Shown here: piece after piece, positions 38,916 through 48,934 of the stretch | Layout: each line of letters starts with the position of its first letter | How positions within the stretch are numbered: the first letter of the stretch is position 1 | The notes under the pieces: model-generated | What the model was told of the DNA's origin: nothing | The model's database searches: none | Seen by the model: only the letters and a program-made list of their open reading frames with translations | Source of the DNA: Vulcanimicrobiota bacterium | GTDB taxonomy: Bacteria; Vulcanimicrobiota; Vulcanimicrobiia; Vulcanimicrobiales; Vulcanimicrobiaceae | DNA: 64,000 bases | Assembly: GCA_963733295.1 (NCBI GenBank) | Contig: CAVTCS010000003.1 | Span: forward strand, 1,664,001-1,728,000 | Reading direction: 5' to 3' | Made by a program: the position numbers and the translations under genes

Positions 38916-39572
38916 ATGAGAACGACTCGGTGTGCGACGCTCTTTCTGTTGGCGGTTCTGAGCGCCGGCGCGGCTCGCGCCGACATGCTGCCGACCGCAA
39001 AGGGTCCTGCCTCGGCGACGGAGGCTGCCTTCATCACGTCGATCCAAGGCGATCTCACGAAACGCTTTCCGACGGCCGCCGACGCGGAGAAAGCCGGCTA
39101 TATCCGGTACACCAACGAGGACGAAACCGGTGCGATAAGCTACGCGAACCTGCAGTGGCAGTCGAGCGACTCCCGTCACCCCAGCCAACTCTGGTACGAC
39201 GTCAACGGGCATTTACTAGGAGCAGACTTCTCCGTGCTCAAGACGGACGCGCAGCGTCCGCAGCTGTGGGGAATAAATCCCGGACGCTGGGCGGAGTTCG
39301 ATGGGCACGTGCACTACGTCGTCCAGACACCGGCGGGTACGCGCACGTACGATCACTGGGTCCCCAATCCGGCCTTCGTAGCCGCCGGGGGAAACCTGCA
39401 GCACCCGAATGCCGCGACGCTCGTCAAGCTCGGGAAGGTCACGAACGTCGCTGCGGTCGCGACCGTCTTCGAATTCCCCACGATTTGGGATCTGATCGTT
39501 TGGGTCAAGCCGAATCCCGACGGGGCGTTCGCGTACAAGAATCCGCTCGTGCATCCTACGAAGTCGCGCTAA
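38916..39572 (+). CDS. Hypothetical exported protein
   Basis: GGAGG SD, signal peptide ending ARA, His-containing mature region. Confidence 0.75.
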   Translation: MRTTRCATLFLLAVLSAGAARADMLPTAKGPASATEAAFITSIQGDLTKRFPTAADAEKAGYIRYTNEDETGAISYANLQWQSSDSRHPSQLWYDVNGHLLGADFSVLKTDAQRPQLWGINPGRWAEFDGHVHYVVQTPAGTRTYDHWVPNPAFVAAGGNLQHPNAATLVKLGKVTNVAAVATVFEFPTIWDLIVWVKPNPDGAFAYKNPLVHPTKSR

Positions 39573-39880
39573 CGCGCAAGTCCTCTCGCGCGCCGGAGAC
39601 CGGCGTCGGCCCTTGGGACGTCCCTTGGCCGACGCGTGCCGCGCCCACGAAATGCTCGGCGGAGCTTTAAAGCGGCCGCGAGGCAAAATCGTGCTGCAGG
39701 TGCGTCCGAACAACGAACGGTTTCTCTCTTAAGTATTTCGGTCGAAAGTCGCTCGAACACTAGTGGTTCCTCGGACCATCGCCGCGCGTCCGAGTTCTCC
39801 TAGCGCAAAAGCCGTGACCGCGCACACGAAAGGCAAAGCGTGGTGACGTGCGCGGCGGATGGTACCGATAAGTTTCAGTG

Positions 39881-40168
39881 ATGAGCTTTGAAGAACTGCT
39901 CGCTCTTGGACGGGCAAAACTTGACGCACAAGCAGCATACAATCGGGTCCAAATTCTGGCCGCCGAACGTGCGAGATTTCGCGCGATGAGAACGGCCAAG
40001 CCGTACGCATTCGGTTCCACGTCCGCGACGAACGGCGTGGCCGAGCAGATCCGGAACGCGTATCACGTCATCGCGAAGATCGACGAACAAAATCCGGGAG
40101 ACCCCGCTACCATCGAAGCGCTCCAGGAAGTTCGGGACTACCTCGCCGTCGTAGGCCTCGATCCTTAG
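39881..40168 (+). CDS. Hypothetical protein
   Basis: 95-aa helical ORF; no recognised motif. Confidence 0.5.
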   Translation: MSFEELLALGRAKLDAQAAYNRVQILAAERARFRAMRTAKPYAFGSTSATNGVAEQIRNAYHVIAKIDEQNPGDPATIEALQEVRDYLAVVGLDP

Positions 40169-40257
40169 GTCTCCAGACCGGGCATTTCCCCGAGCCGGAC
40201 CGCGTGCCATGCGCTCGAAGGCCAAGATGATCGGCGCCGAGCGTCGAAGAAGCTATC

Positions 40258-40497
40258 GTGGACGAGGATTATCGCAAACGGGCCGATGAACGTCGCGAGA
40301 CGATGAGCGTCCGGCTCGCTCGAACGCTTGATAAGGCCCTCGGGATCGAGCGAGAGAGAGAACAGCAGCTGGAAGCGCCCGCACGCGCTGAGGTAATCTG
40401 GGGCTTGGTCCGCGAGTTGGAAGCTTTGCGAGGAAAGAGTGGAGCCGAACTCCGACTTGATCGATCTCTTGCGCGCGTTGAACGACGAAGGCGCTGA
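40258..40497 (+). CDS. Small basic protein of the type found upstream of nucleotidyltransferase genes (antitoxin-like)
   Basis: RAEVIWGLVRE...LRLDRSLARVERRRR; overlaps a nucleotidyltransferase fragment. Confidence 0.5.
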   Translation: MDEDYRKRADERRETMSVRLARTLDKALGIEREREQQLEAPARAEVIWGLVRELEALRGKSGAELRLDRSLARVERRRR

Positions 40498-40540
40498 GTA
40501 CCTTCTCGTCGGTGGCTACATTAGTCTAGAAGAAATCTAA
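40439..40540 (+). pseudogene. Truncated nucleotidyltransferase N-terminus
   Basis: GTG 40439 reads MEPNSDLIDLLRALNDEGAEYLLVGGY and stops 6 codons later, before the DxD motif. Confidence 0.6.
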
Positions 40541-41106
40541 AGACGGCTCGGGAGTCGCTCGAACTCGCAGGCGACGTCAAGATCGCCAGCGTAGTCGCCT
40601 CTTTCGATATAGTCGAAACTCGTCGCTGCATTCCTAATCCCGACGGTCCTACAGAAACGGCGCAACAGGTCCGATCCGAATGTTTCCTTGCGCGTGTCGG
40701 AAAGCACCTCGAGTAGCGCATCACGCTCGGCCTGCGAACAGTACGGGGCCAACAGGTCCAAGCGCTTGACGACTGGGTCACGCTGCTTTCCGGTGCGCTT
40801 CTTTCCCAGCGTGATCTTGAAAAACCCAAGGTCTTTCCCGGCGACGTTAGCGTTGAGCAGAAAGTCGTCCTCATCGTACGAACCAAGCGTAAGTACCAGG
40901 CATTGAAGCTCCTTTGATACGCGCGTGGCCAGTCTATCCATCTGCTCGCATACCTTCGGGTAGACAGCGGTCCAGCGGTCGATCGCATCGCCGAAGTACA
41001 GTTCGATACCCGCGATACCAGGCTCGTCGATAACGCGCCGAAGCACCGCGCCAAGCTCATCGTGAGTTACCTTTGGAACCTGGATGGAGGTATAAAATGC
41101 ACCCAA
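40537..41106 (-). CDS. Hypothetical protein (AT-richer codon usage)
   Basis: 189-aa ORF starting MGAFYTSIQV; visibly lower GC than flanking genes. Confidence 0.65.
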   Translation of the reverse strand: MGAFYTSIQVPKVTHDELGAVLRRVIDEPGIAGIELYFGDAIDRWTAVYPKVCEQMDRLATRVSKELQCLVLTLGSYDEDDFLLNANVAGKDLGFFKITLGKKRTGKQRDPVVKRLDLLAPYCSQAERDALLEVLSDTRKETFGSDLLRRFCRTVGIRNAATSFDYIERGDYAGDLDVACEFERLPSRL

Positions 41107-41287
41107 AGGAGGCTACCTTAAATTGGAAGCGCGGTGAAGCGAACGGCCTGAGAAATGCGGTCTGGATTGGCAACCCGTAACGCAATTCCCCGCGGACTGC
41201 TCCTCCAAGACTCGTTTACTGAAAAAGACGGGTGCGATCGCAAGCAAAAAGCACAACCACCGTAGTGAGTGTGCCTCCGCTGAAAAT

Positions 41288-41639
41288 TGGTGGAGCTGTC
41301 GGGGAACCGCCCCCCGAGTCCGAATCGCCGGACTAACGCTTTCTCCAGGCTCAGTTTCGATTTTGTCTTAGGTCACCGGGCGTCTCGAAACCGGACTATC
41401 GGTGACCGCAGCTTCTGAGTTTCGGGCGGATCTCGAAGCGATTTCCCCGTCCTAGCCGGACTTTATGACGGTCGGCGCGGCGGTTCCGGCGACCCCGCGA
41501 GGACCGTGGCTAACCTAGTTTAGGCAGCCAGTGCGTAGTTGTTGTTCGCGTGTAAAACGCTTGCGATCGTTTTAGGAGTGCTCGCAACTCCGCCTGCTTA
41601 CGCTACCCACGGATCGACCCGTCGAAGCTACTCAGCCCC
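41288..41639 (-). ncRNA. ssrA: tmRNA
   Basis: 5' GGGGCTG pairs with 3' CAGCTCC-ACCA. Tag frame 41549-41520 encodes ANNNYALAA-stop. Length 352 nt. Confidence 0.95.
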
Positions 41640-41739
41640 ATGGTAGAGCGCCGGACGCGGCCGGCACCCTCCACTATACCACAGACCGAAACGTACGGTT
41701 GCAACCGCCTCCCGAGCAGCCCGGGTTGGATAGCCCGGC

Positions 41740-43341
41740 GTGCAGCTCTCACTCATAGCCTTAGCGATGATGACGGCCGTCGTAGCTTGCGCCGCCCTGG
41801 GCAAGCGCGCCGGCATCCCGTACCCGATCGCCTTCGTGATCGGCGGGACGCTGCTCGCCTTCATCCCGAGCGTGCCCCGGTTCGTACTCGACCCCAATCT
41901 GGTGTTTCTGATCTTTCTGCCCCCGCTGCTGTACGCGGGCGGTTGGGCCACCGATTGGAACCTGTTCCGGCACAACGCCCGCCCGATCGCGCTGCTGGCG
42001 ATCGGCCTCGTCATCTTCACGACGCTGGTCGTCGCGGCGGTGGCGCACCGGCTCGTTCCGGGCATGACCTGGCCTGCGGCGTTCGCGCTCGGTGCGATCA
42101 TTTCGCCACCCGACGCCGTCGCCGCGGGCGCCGTGTTCGAGCGCTTCTCGGTGCCGCGTCGAATCATCGCGATCCTCGACGGCGAGGGACTCGTCAACGA
42201 CGCCACGGCGCTCGTTATCTACCGCTTCGCGATTGCTGCGGCGCTTACCGGGGTGTTTTCACCGGTGCAAGCCGGGATCGCGTTCTTCGTCGTTGCCGTC
42301 GGCGGCGTCGCGGTCGGGCTCGGGTTCTCCGTCATCTACATTTGGATAAGCCAGCTGCTGCGCAAGCTTCAACTCGGCGACTACCTGCTCGACAACGTCC
42401 TCTCGCTGATCGCGCCGTACGCCGCCTACACAAGTGCCGAGGCGTTGCACGTCTCGGGCGTTCTCTCCACCGTAGCCGCCGGAATTTTCTGCGCGCGGCT
42501 CTCCTCGAAGCTGTTCGTCCCCGAATCGCGGCTCGTCGCGTACTCCGTCTGGGATCTCTTGACGTTCCTCTTCAACGGCGCAGTCTTCTTACTGCTCGGC
42601 CTCGAGATTCGCGAGATCGTTCGCGATCCGTCGTTCGCGCTGCGCGAGCTCTGGATCGGTGTTTTGATCAGCCTGCTGGTGATCGTGCTACGGTTGATCT
42701 GGGTGTACCCGGCGACCTACCTTCCGCGCCTGATCTGGAAGCGCATCAGCCGGGTCGAAGGTGTGCCCAGCTGGGCATTCGTGTTCGTCATCGGGTGGTC
42801 GGGGATGCGCGGCATCGTGTCGCTCGCGGCGGCGCTGGCGGTTCCGTTGCGCGACGCGGCCGGGAATCCGTTTCCGGCGCGCAGCGAGATCCTCTTCATC
42901 ACCTTCTGCGTGATCATCGCGACCCTGGTGTTCCAGGGACTTTCGCTGATTCCGATCATCAAGTGGCTCGGCATTCACGGCGAAGACGACCTGGAGCGGC
43001 GCGAGCGCGAGGTTCGGATCGCGGCGTTGAAAGCGGGAATCAGCCGGCTACGCCAACTCGAACCGGATTTCAATTCGACGACCGAATGGGAAATCGAAGG
43101 CCGGATCCTTTCTGAGTACGAGTATCGCATCGGACACTTGGAAGGTCACACGAAAGTGGACGGCGAGGCCGGCGGGAATCGCGAAGCGGTCGAAGTCAAT
43201 CTCGATCATAAACTCCAAAGCGAGGCCCTTGAGGCGGAGCGGCGCGAAATAACGCACCTGCGCAACGCGGGCACGATCCCGGACGATATCTACCGCAGGA
43301 TCGAATACGACCTCGACCTCGCCACCGAACGCCTTACCTAA
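41740..43341 (+). CDS. Na+/H+ antiporter, CPA1 family (second paralog)
   Basis: LGAIISPPDAVA, GEGLVNDA, GWSGMRGIVSLAAAL. Confidence 0.92.
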   Translation: MQLSLIALAMMTAVVACAALGKRAGIPYPIAFVIGGTLLAFIPSVPRFVLDPNLVFLIFLPPLLYAGGWATDWNLFRHNARPIALLAIGLVIFTTLVVAAVAHRLVPGMTWPAAFALGAIISPPDAVAAGAVFERFSVPRRIIAILDGEGLVNDATALVIYRFAIAAALTGVFSPVQAGIAFFVVAVGGVAVGLGFSVIYIWISQLLRKLQLGDYLLDNVLSLIAPYAAYTSAEALHVSGVLSTVAAGIFCARLSSKLFVPESRLVAYSVWDLLTFLFNGAVFLLLGLEIREIVRDPSFALRELWIGVLISLLVIVLRLIWVYPATYLPRLIWKRISRVEGVPSWAFVFVIGWSGMRGIVSLAAALAVPLRDAAGNPFPARSEILFITFCVIIATLVFQGLSLIPIIKWLGIHGEDDLERREREVRIAALKAGISRLRQLEPDFNSTTEWEIEGRILSEYEYRIGHLEGHTKVDGEAGGNREAVEVNLDHKLQSEALEAERREITHLRNAGTIPDDIYRRIEYDLDLATERLT

Positions 43342-44051
43342 AGCGCCTCAGGTTCGCTCTTGGTCGGCGACACGATTTTGCCGCCACCCTGCGTCAGTCG
43401 TATGCGAACGTGCTCGTGAAGCTCCGGATCGTGATCGAGCATGCGACGCTCGAGTATCGCAAACGACGAGGGCGCGATCTCGATCGCGACGTAATGGTCG
43501 CTTTTTGCCAGCACCCGTCCGCTGACGCGCTGGTGATTCGATATGTCTTCTTCGACGGGTACCGGCAAATACGGACGCGGTTGTAGCGCAAGCGTTGCTT
43601 CACGCGCGACCTTTACGCGATCCTCGGCCAGTTCGCTGCGGAACGTTTGCCGATCGTCCTCTTCCAGAACGTCGAGCGACAGATGCAGATCGGGGCGATC
43701 GGCGAGAAAGGGATACGCAAGGAGCGCTTCCGCGCGATTTCCGCTTTTCGGTTCGCGCGCCAGAACGTAGGTATGCCACGCATCGACGCCGCCCGGCCGC
43801 GCGTGCTCGCGCACGTACGCCGCAACGTCGTCGTCGCTCGTCGCAGACCGTACGGCGGCGGTGACGTCCTCGAGTGCGATGCCGAGCATCTCGAACATCG
43901 TCGCGGTGAATCCGGAGATCGTGTAGACCCCGAGGTCGCCGCCGGGGAGAGTCGCGCGGACCTTGTCGATCGAGCGCGGCAAGAATACGACGCCCGCGAG
44001 TTCGGCGCGCGGCCGGCGCGGGGGCGCTTGGCGAAGATCGAGTGCGTCCAT
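43338..44051 (-). CDS. DUF5069-domain protein with an extra C-terminal beta domain
   Basis: PPRRPRAELAGVVFLPRSIDKVRA...G.Y...LEEDD, followed by about 95 extra aa. Confidence 0.7.
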   Translation of the reverse strand: MDALDLRQAPPRRPRAELAGVVFLPRSIDKVRATLPGGDLGVYTISGFTATMFEMLGIALEDVTAAVRSATSDDDVAAYVREHARPGGVDAWHTYVLAREPKSGNRAEALLAYPFLADRPDLHLSLDVLEEDDRQTFRSELAEDRVKVAREATLALQPRPYLPVPVEEDISNHQRVSGRVLAKSDHYVAIEIAPSSFAILERRMLDHDPELHEHVRIRLTQGGGKIVSPTKSEPEAL

Positions 44052-44069
44052 GTAGGCTGCCTGCTCTTT

Positions 44070-45092
44070 CTAAGTGCCGTAACGGATCGTCGGCTCTTCG
44101 GCGACGACGTGCACGGTCCCGAGATGGGCGAGATGCGCGAGGTGCGCGAGGGTCTCGGCGACTGCGAACTGACGCTGATGTGCGTCCATTTCGAAGAACG
44201 GGGTGCGGCGCCGTGTCCAAGGCAGGCGTTCGGCGACTTCGGCCGCGTTCGCGGGTGCGATCGCGAGCGCTTCCAGAATGAGCCCGGTGCGCGTGTGATG
44301 ATGCTCGATGAGTTGCGCGACGCGCCGCTGCAAGCCGTCGAACGGCTCGCCGTGCGCCGGCAAGACGCGCTGGGCGGGAAGCGCCGCGACCTTCTCGAGC
44401 GAGGACAAGTAGTCGCCCAGAACGTCGTCACGGCGCGGATACCAGGCGCCGACGTGCGGCGTGATCGGATCGAGAACGTGATCGCCCGTCAAAATCGCAC
44501 CGCGCGCGCGATCGAGGAAACACAGGTGACCCGGGCTATGACCCGGCGTCCAAATTGTCTCGAGCGCATGCGGGCCGGCCGCAACGATTACGCCGTCGTC
44601 GATCGTTCGATCCGGTGCGGCAATCGAAAAGCGGCGGCTCGCCTCCTGCATGAAATCGTCGCCGGCGCTGAGCGTCGCCTCGTCGACGCCGTTGCGGGCA
44701 AGCCAGGCGTCGCTTTCGCGATCGTCGGCGGCTAGATCGACGAGCCGGTACTGGACGACCTTCCAATCCAGCTCGTGCATCCAAAGCTGCATCCCGTTCT
44801 GCTCGATCAACTTGCCGGCGAGTCCGTAATGATCGTGATGGAAGTGCGTTACGACGAGCAGTTTGAGGTCGTCGAGTCCGAGTCCGAGCTGAGCGAGCGC
44901 CGCGGTCAGCGCCTCGAAGACGTCGGGCGTATCCCAGCCGCAGTCGACGAGCACGTAACCTTCGTCGCTCGGAATGAGATACGCGTTGATGTGACCGAGC
45001 GGATTGCCTTTCATCGGCAACCGGATCTGATGTAAACCGCCCTCGAGCGCGCTCACGAGCGGCTTCGGCGCACGGACGTCGGAAAGCGACAC
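44070..45092 (-). CDS. MBL-fold metallo-hydrolase
   Basis: THFHHDHYG, TPGHSPGH, GDHVL, PAHG. Confidence 0.9.
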   Translation of the reverse strand: MSLSDVRAPKPLVSALEGGLHQIRLPMKGNPLGHINAYLIPSDEGYVLVDCGWDTPDVFEALTAALAQLGLGLDDLKLLVVTHFHHDHYGLAGKLIEQNGMQLWMHELDWKVVQYRLVDLAADDRESDAWLARNGVDEATLSAGDDFMQEASRRFSIAAPDRTIDDGVIVAAGPHALETIWTPGHSPGHLCFLDRARGAILTGDHVLDPITPHVGAWYPRRDDVLGDYLSSLEKVAALPAQRVLPAHGEPFDGLQRRVAQLIEHHHTRTGLILEALAIAPANAAEVAERLPWTRRRTPFFEMDAHQRQFAVAETLAHLAHLAHLGTVHVVAEEPTIRYGT

Positions 45093-45096
45093 GACG

Positions 45097-45894
45097 TTAG
45101 GCCGGCGCGCTCTCCGTGCGCACTTCGAGACGCGCGCGGCGCTCGGCGAGCAGTTCGCAATCCGTACGGTCCACGCTCACCGGCGTGATGCTGACGTACC
45201 CGTCGCGAATCGCGGCGAGATCGGTCCCTTCCTCGATTTCGCTTGGATCGAACGATCCCCACAGCCAGTAATACGTGCCGCCGCGCGGATCGGTGCGTCG
45301 GTCCAGCCGGTCGCGATAGGCCTTGCGTCCCTGCCGCGTCCAGCGCGTTCCTTTGATTTCTTCCCGAACGACGTTGGGGACGTTGACGTTGAGAAACGTG
45401 CGTTGGGGCAAACCGTCGGCCAGGATCTCGCGCGCGGTCGCGACCGCGTAATGCGCCGCCGTGTCCCAATGGTGGTCGCGCGCATGTTGCGGCCAGCTCG
45501 CAACGAGCGAAACCGCCATCGACGGGATGCCGGTGACGATCCCTTCAACCGCGCCGGCCACGGTGCCCGAATAGTTAACGTCGTCGCCCAGATTCGCGCC
45601 GCGATTGATGCCGCTGACTACGAGGGCCGGCATCCCCCCGCACAGATCGAACGCTCCGACGACGATGCAGTCGGCCGGCGTTCCCGAACAGCGGTACGTG
45701 GGAACGGCACGCTCGCGAACCTCGCTGAGGCGGACCGGTAAAGCGATCGAGATCGAATGGCCGACGCCGCTGCGATCGTCGTCCGGAGCCACGACGGTGA
45801 CGTCGCCGAGGGCCTGAAGCGCCTCGGCGACGGAGATCAGGCCGTAGCTTTTGTATCCGTCGTCGTTGGTGACGAGGATCTTGGGACGCGCCAC
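45097..45894 (-). CDS. surE: 5'/3'-nucleotidase SurE
   Basis: ILVTNDDG, GTPADC, SGINRGANLG, YSGTVAGA; GTG start at 45894. Confidence 0.93.
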   Translation of the reverse strand: MARPKILVTNDDGYKSYGLISVAEALQALGDVTVVAPDDDRSGVGHSISIALPVRLSEVRERAVPTYRCSGTPADCIVVGAFDLCGGMPALVVSGINRGANLGDDVNYSGTVAGAVEGIVTGIPSMAVSLVASWPQHARDHHWDTAAHYAVATAREILADGLPQRTFLNVNVPNVVREEIKGTRWTRQGRKAYRDRLDRRTDPRGGTYYWLWGSFDPSEIEEGTDLAAIRDGYVSITPVSVDRTDCELLAERRARLEVRTESAPA

Positions 45895-45905
45895 GCTGCT
45901 CGCAA

Positions 45906-46271
45906 TCAGGCCTTCACGTTGGGTTTTCCGGCTTTGTTCAAGCCGACGGCGCCTATGATCCACGAAATGACCGCTAGGATGATCGCTCCCAGGATGCCCG
46001 CCCATAGCGAGTCGACGTGGAAGCCCGGCACCATCAGTCCCACGAGCCACAGCGCAATACCGTTGACCACCAACACGAACAGACCCAGCGTGAGGATGAT
46101 GAACGGCAACGACAGCAACAACATGATCGGCCGGATGATCGCGTTCACGATGCCGAGGACGATGGACGCGATGATGAGCGCCGTGACGGTGTCCGCGTGG
46201 ATCCCGATGTTCAGGAGCGTGACCACCCAGAGCGCTACGGCGTTGATGATCAGACTGATGATAAAGTGCAT
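45906..46271 (-). CDS. YvlD/DUF360 (phage holin 4_2-like) membrane protein
   Basis: LGIVNAIIRPIMLLLSLPFIILTLGLF...VPGFHV. Confidence 0.85.
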   Translation of the reverse strand: MHFIISLIINAVALWVVTLLNIGIHADTVTALIIASIVLGIVNAIIRPIMLLLSLPFIILTLGLFVLVVNGIALWLVGLMVPGFHVDSLWAGILGAIILAVISWIIGAVGLNKAGKPNVKA

Positions 46272-46275
46272 CGAA

Positions 46276-48292
46276 TTATTCTCCTAAAGCCGCCTTGATC
46301 GACGACGCCAGAGCCGGCGTCATGCCCTTCACGGCCGCAATCTCGTCGATGCCGGCTCGTTTGAGCGCGGCGATCGAGCCGAACGTCGTGAGGAGTCGCT
46401 TCTTCCGCACCGGGCCGACGCCTGCCAGCGCGTCGAGCGCCGACTGCGTCATCGCCTTGCCGCGCCGCTTGCGATGGTACTCCACGGCGAAGCGGTGGGC
46501 TTCATCGCGAACCCTCATCACGAGGTGAAGCCCCGGGGAGCCCGGCGGAAGCACGATCGGCTCGGCGCGGTCGGGTACGTAGAGCCACTCGTGCTCCTTC
46601 GCGAGGCCCGCCACCGGGATGCCCCACAAATCGAGCTCTTCGAGCACCTCGACGACCGCATTGAGTTGACCCTTACCACCATCGATCAAGAGCAAATCCG
46701 GTCGCTTGTGGAATTTTTCTTTCCGCCGAAGTTGCGCATCGAGCGCGGTCTCGCGCGCGGCGATGCTAGCCGGATCTTCCTCGCCGGGCGCATTCGTGTC
46801 GGAACGCAGGTAGCGCAGCCGCCGGCGCAGCGTTTCCTGCATCATGGCGAAGTCGTTGGAGCCCTTGTCGTAGTGGATCTTGAAGCGGCGATAGTCGCTC
46901 TTCTTGGCGCGACCCTCCGACGAACACGACCATCGACGCGACGGGGTTCGTGCCTTGAATGTTCGAGATGTCGTAGCATTCGATGCGGTGCGGGGGCTCG
47001 GGCAAATCGAGCGCCGCCGCGAGCTCGGCGAGCGATTTTGCGGAAGCGGTCTCCTGCGTTTCCTGATGCGCGAGAAAAGCCTTGAGATTCTGCTCCGCGT
47101 TCTCGTGCACCAGGCGCATGTACTCGGCGCGCGGTCCGCGTTGGGCGCGGAGCACCCGTACGCGCTGAGCCTTCAGTTCGGAAAGCCAAGCCTCGATGAT
47201 CGGCCGGTCCGAGGGCAAGGTCTCGACCAGAACTTCCTTCGGGATCGTGGCCTGCGTCGCCGGCCGGCGCGCGCGCGCCTTGAGCGCGACGGGCACCTCG
47301 TTATCGCGCGCTTCGCGCAACGCGAGCGGCGAGAATCCGTCGCCGATGCCGCTCGTCGTTTGGGCTGCACGCGCCGTATAGAATTGGCCGAAGAACTCGC
47401 CCATCAGCTCTTCGTCGGGCTGGTCGCCGACGCCGTCGAGAATGAAGTGTTCCTGTCCGATCAGCTTCCCGCCGCGAACGAGGAAGACTTGCACGCAGGC
47501 TTGACCTTGCGCTTTGGCTACCGCGATCAAGTCCATGTCGATCCGCGAGCGCCAGACGACCTTCTGATTTTCGGTCACGCGGCGGACGGCGACGATGCGG
47601 TCGCGAATGCGGGCCGCTGCCTCGAAGTTCATGCGCTCGGCAGCCGAACTCATCTCGTGCTGCAGGCGCTCCAACAGCCGGTCTTGCTGACCCTCGAGGA
47701 ACAGTACGACTTCGTCGACCAGCGTGTCGTACTCGGGTTCCGTCTGAAAGCCGACGCAGGGCGCCAGACAGCGCTTGATGTGATACTGCAGGCAGGGGCG
47801 CTTGCGCTTGCCGTCGATCGGTTCGCGACAGGTGCGTAGCGGAAAGGCGACCCGCACGATGTTGATCAGCTCTCGGATGCCGTGGGCGTTCGTGTAGGGG
47901 CCGAAGTATCGAGCGCCGTCGTCGCGTACGACGCGCGTGAACATCACGCGCGGGAACGGCTCGTTCGTCACCTTGAGATACGGATAGCGTTTGTCGTCGC
48001 GCAGCCTCACGTTGAACGGCGGCTGGTGGCGCTTGATCAGGTTCGCTTCGAGGATCAATGCCTCGATCTCGTTATTGACGACGATCCAGCGGACGTCGAG
48101 GACGCGTTCCACCATCCGCTGCGTGCGCAACGCGTGCGCCGCGCTATCCTGAAAGTACGAGCGCACGCGGTTGCGCAGCGAGATCGCCTTCCCGATGTAG
48201 AGAATGCGATCGTTCGCACCGAGCATCAAGTAGACGCCCGGGGCATCCGGAAGCTGCCCCAGCGTCGCCTCGAGCGCGCGTTCCCCGATCAC
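46276..48292 (-). pseudogene. uvrC: Excinuclease ABC subunit C with a +1 frameshift near 46917 (pseudogene or sequencing error)
   Basis: GIY-YIG N-terminus (PGVYLM, YIGKA) through RIECYDISN in one frame; DFAMMQE, LIDGGKGQL, RDEAHRFA and HhH in another. Removing one G restores VFVEGRAKKSDYRRFKI. Confidence 0.9.
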
Positions 48293-48918
48293 GGCCGTGA
48301 GGCGACTTCTCCGCGGCGCCGCGCGCTTACGACGCGCACCCAAACGTAGGCCACGATCGCTAGGAGTACGAGGAGGATCACTCCCGTCGAGACGCGGTGC
48401 AGCAGCGGCATGATTTCATCGAAATGCTTGCCGAACAGGCTGCCGGTCCAAGCCAAGCCCGCACAGAACAACGCCGATCCGGCGGCGGTATAGATGAGAA
48501 AATAGCGCTTGCTCATGCGCGAGACACCGGCCGGCAGCGACGAGACTCCGCGCACGAATGGGATGAAGCGGCAAACGAAGACGACGACGTTGCCGTGACG
48601 TTCGTAGAACGCGTGGAAGACGTCGAGCTTCGCCTCGCTCAATTTGAGATACTTGCCCCAGCGTGCGACGAAGGGCCGGCCGCCGAAGTAGCCGATCGCG
48701 TACATGATCGAGCACCCGACCAGTTCGCCCAGCGTCGCCACCAAGGCCGTGAGCCACACGCTGGACAGATGCCCCGTTGCGGCGAGCGCTCCCGCCGCGG
48801 GCACCACGAGTTCGGCACCAACGGGCACGCCGATGTTTCCCAGCACCATCACGATAAACAAGCCGGGATACCCGGCTTGGTCGACCATGCCGAGAAAGAA
48901 ATGCGTCAGGTGCTCCAA
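48289..48918 (-). CDS. DedA family membrane protein
   Basis: GRPFVARWG, RFIPFVRGVSSLPAG. Confidence 0.9.
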   Translation of the reverse strand: MEHLTHFFLGMVDQAGYPGLFIVMVLGNIGVPVGAELVVPAAGALAATGHLSSVWLTALVATLGELVGCSIMYAIGYFGGRPFVARWGKYLKLSEAKLDVFHAFYERHGNVVVFVCRFIPFVRGVSSLPAGVSRMSKRYFLIYTAAGSALFCAGLAWTGSLFGKHFDEIMPLLHRVSTGVILLVLLAIVAYVWVRVVSARRRGEVASRP

Positions 48919-48934
48919 AGATAGACCGTCCTCA

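Noticed and set aside
39650..39670. GGCGGAGCT as an att duplication of the tmRNA 3' end
   Set aside because: Too short and mismatched to be distinguished from chance.
39800..39880. GGCAAA motif suggesting a c-di-GMP-I (GEMM) riboswitch
   Set aside because: Lacks the following GACGCAAAGC and the P2 stem.
2851..43341. Two CPA1 antiporter paralogs as a recent duplication or repeat
   Set aside because: Similar at protein motifs only, clearly diverged and in different contexts; ordinary paralogy.
45906..46271. Holin-like gene as evidence of a prophage
   Set aside because: YvlD/DUF360 is a common chromosomal gene near uvrC, and no phage genes are present in the window.
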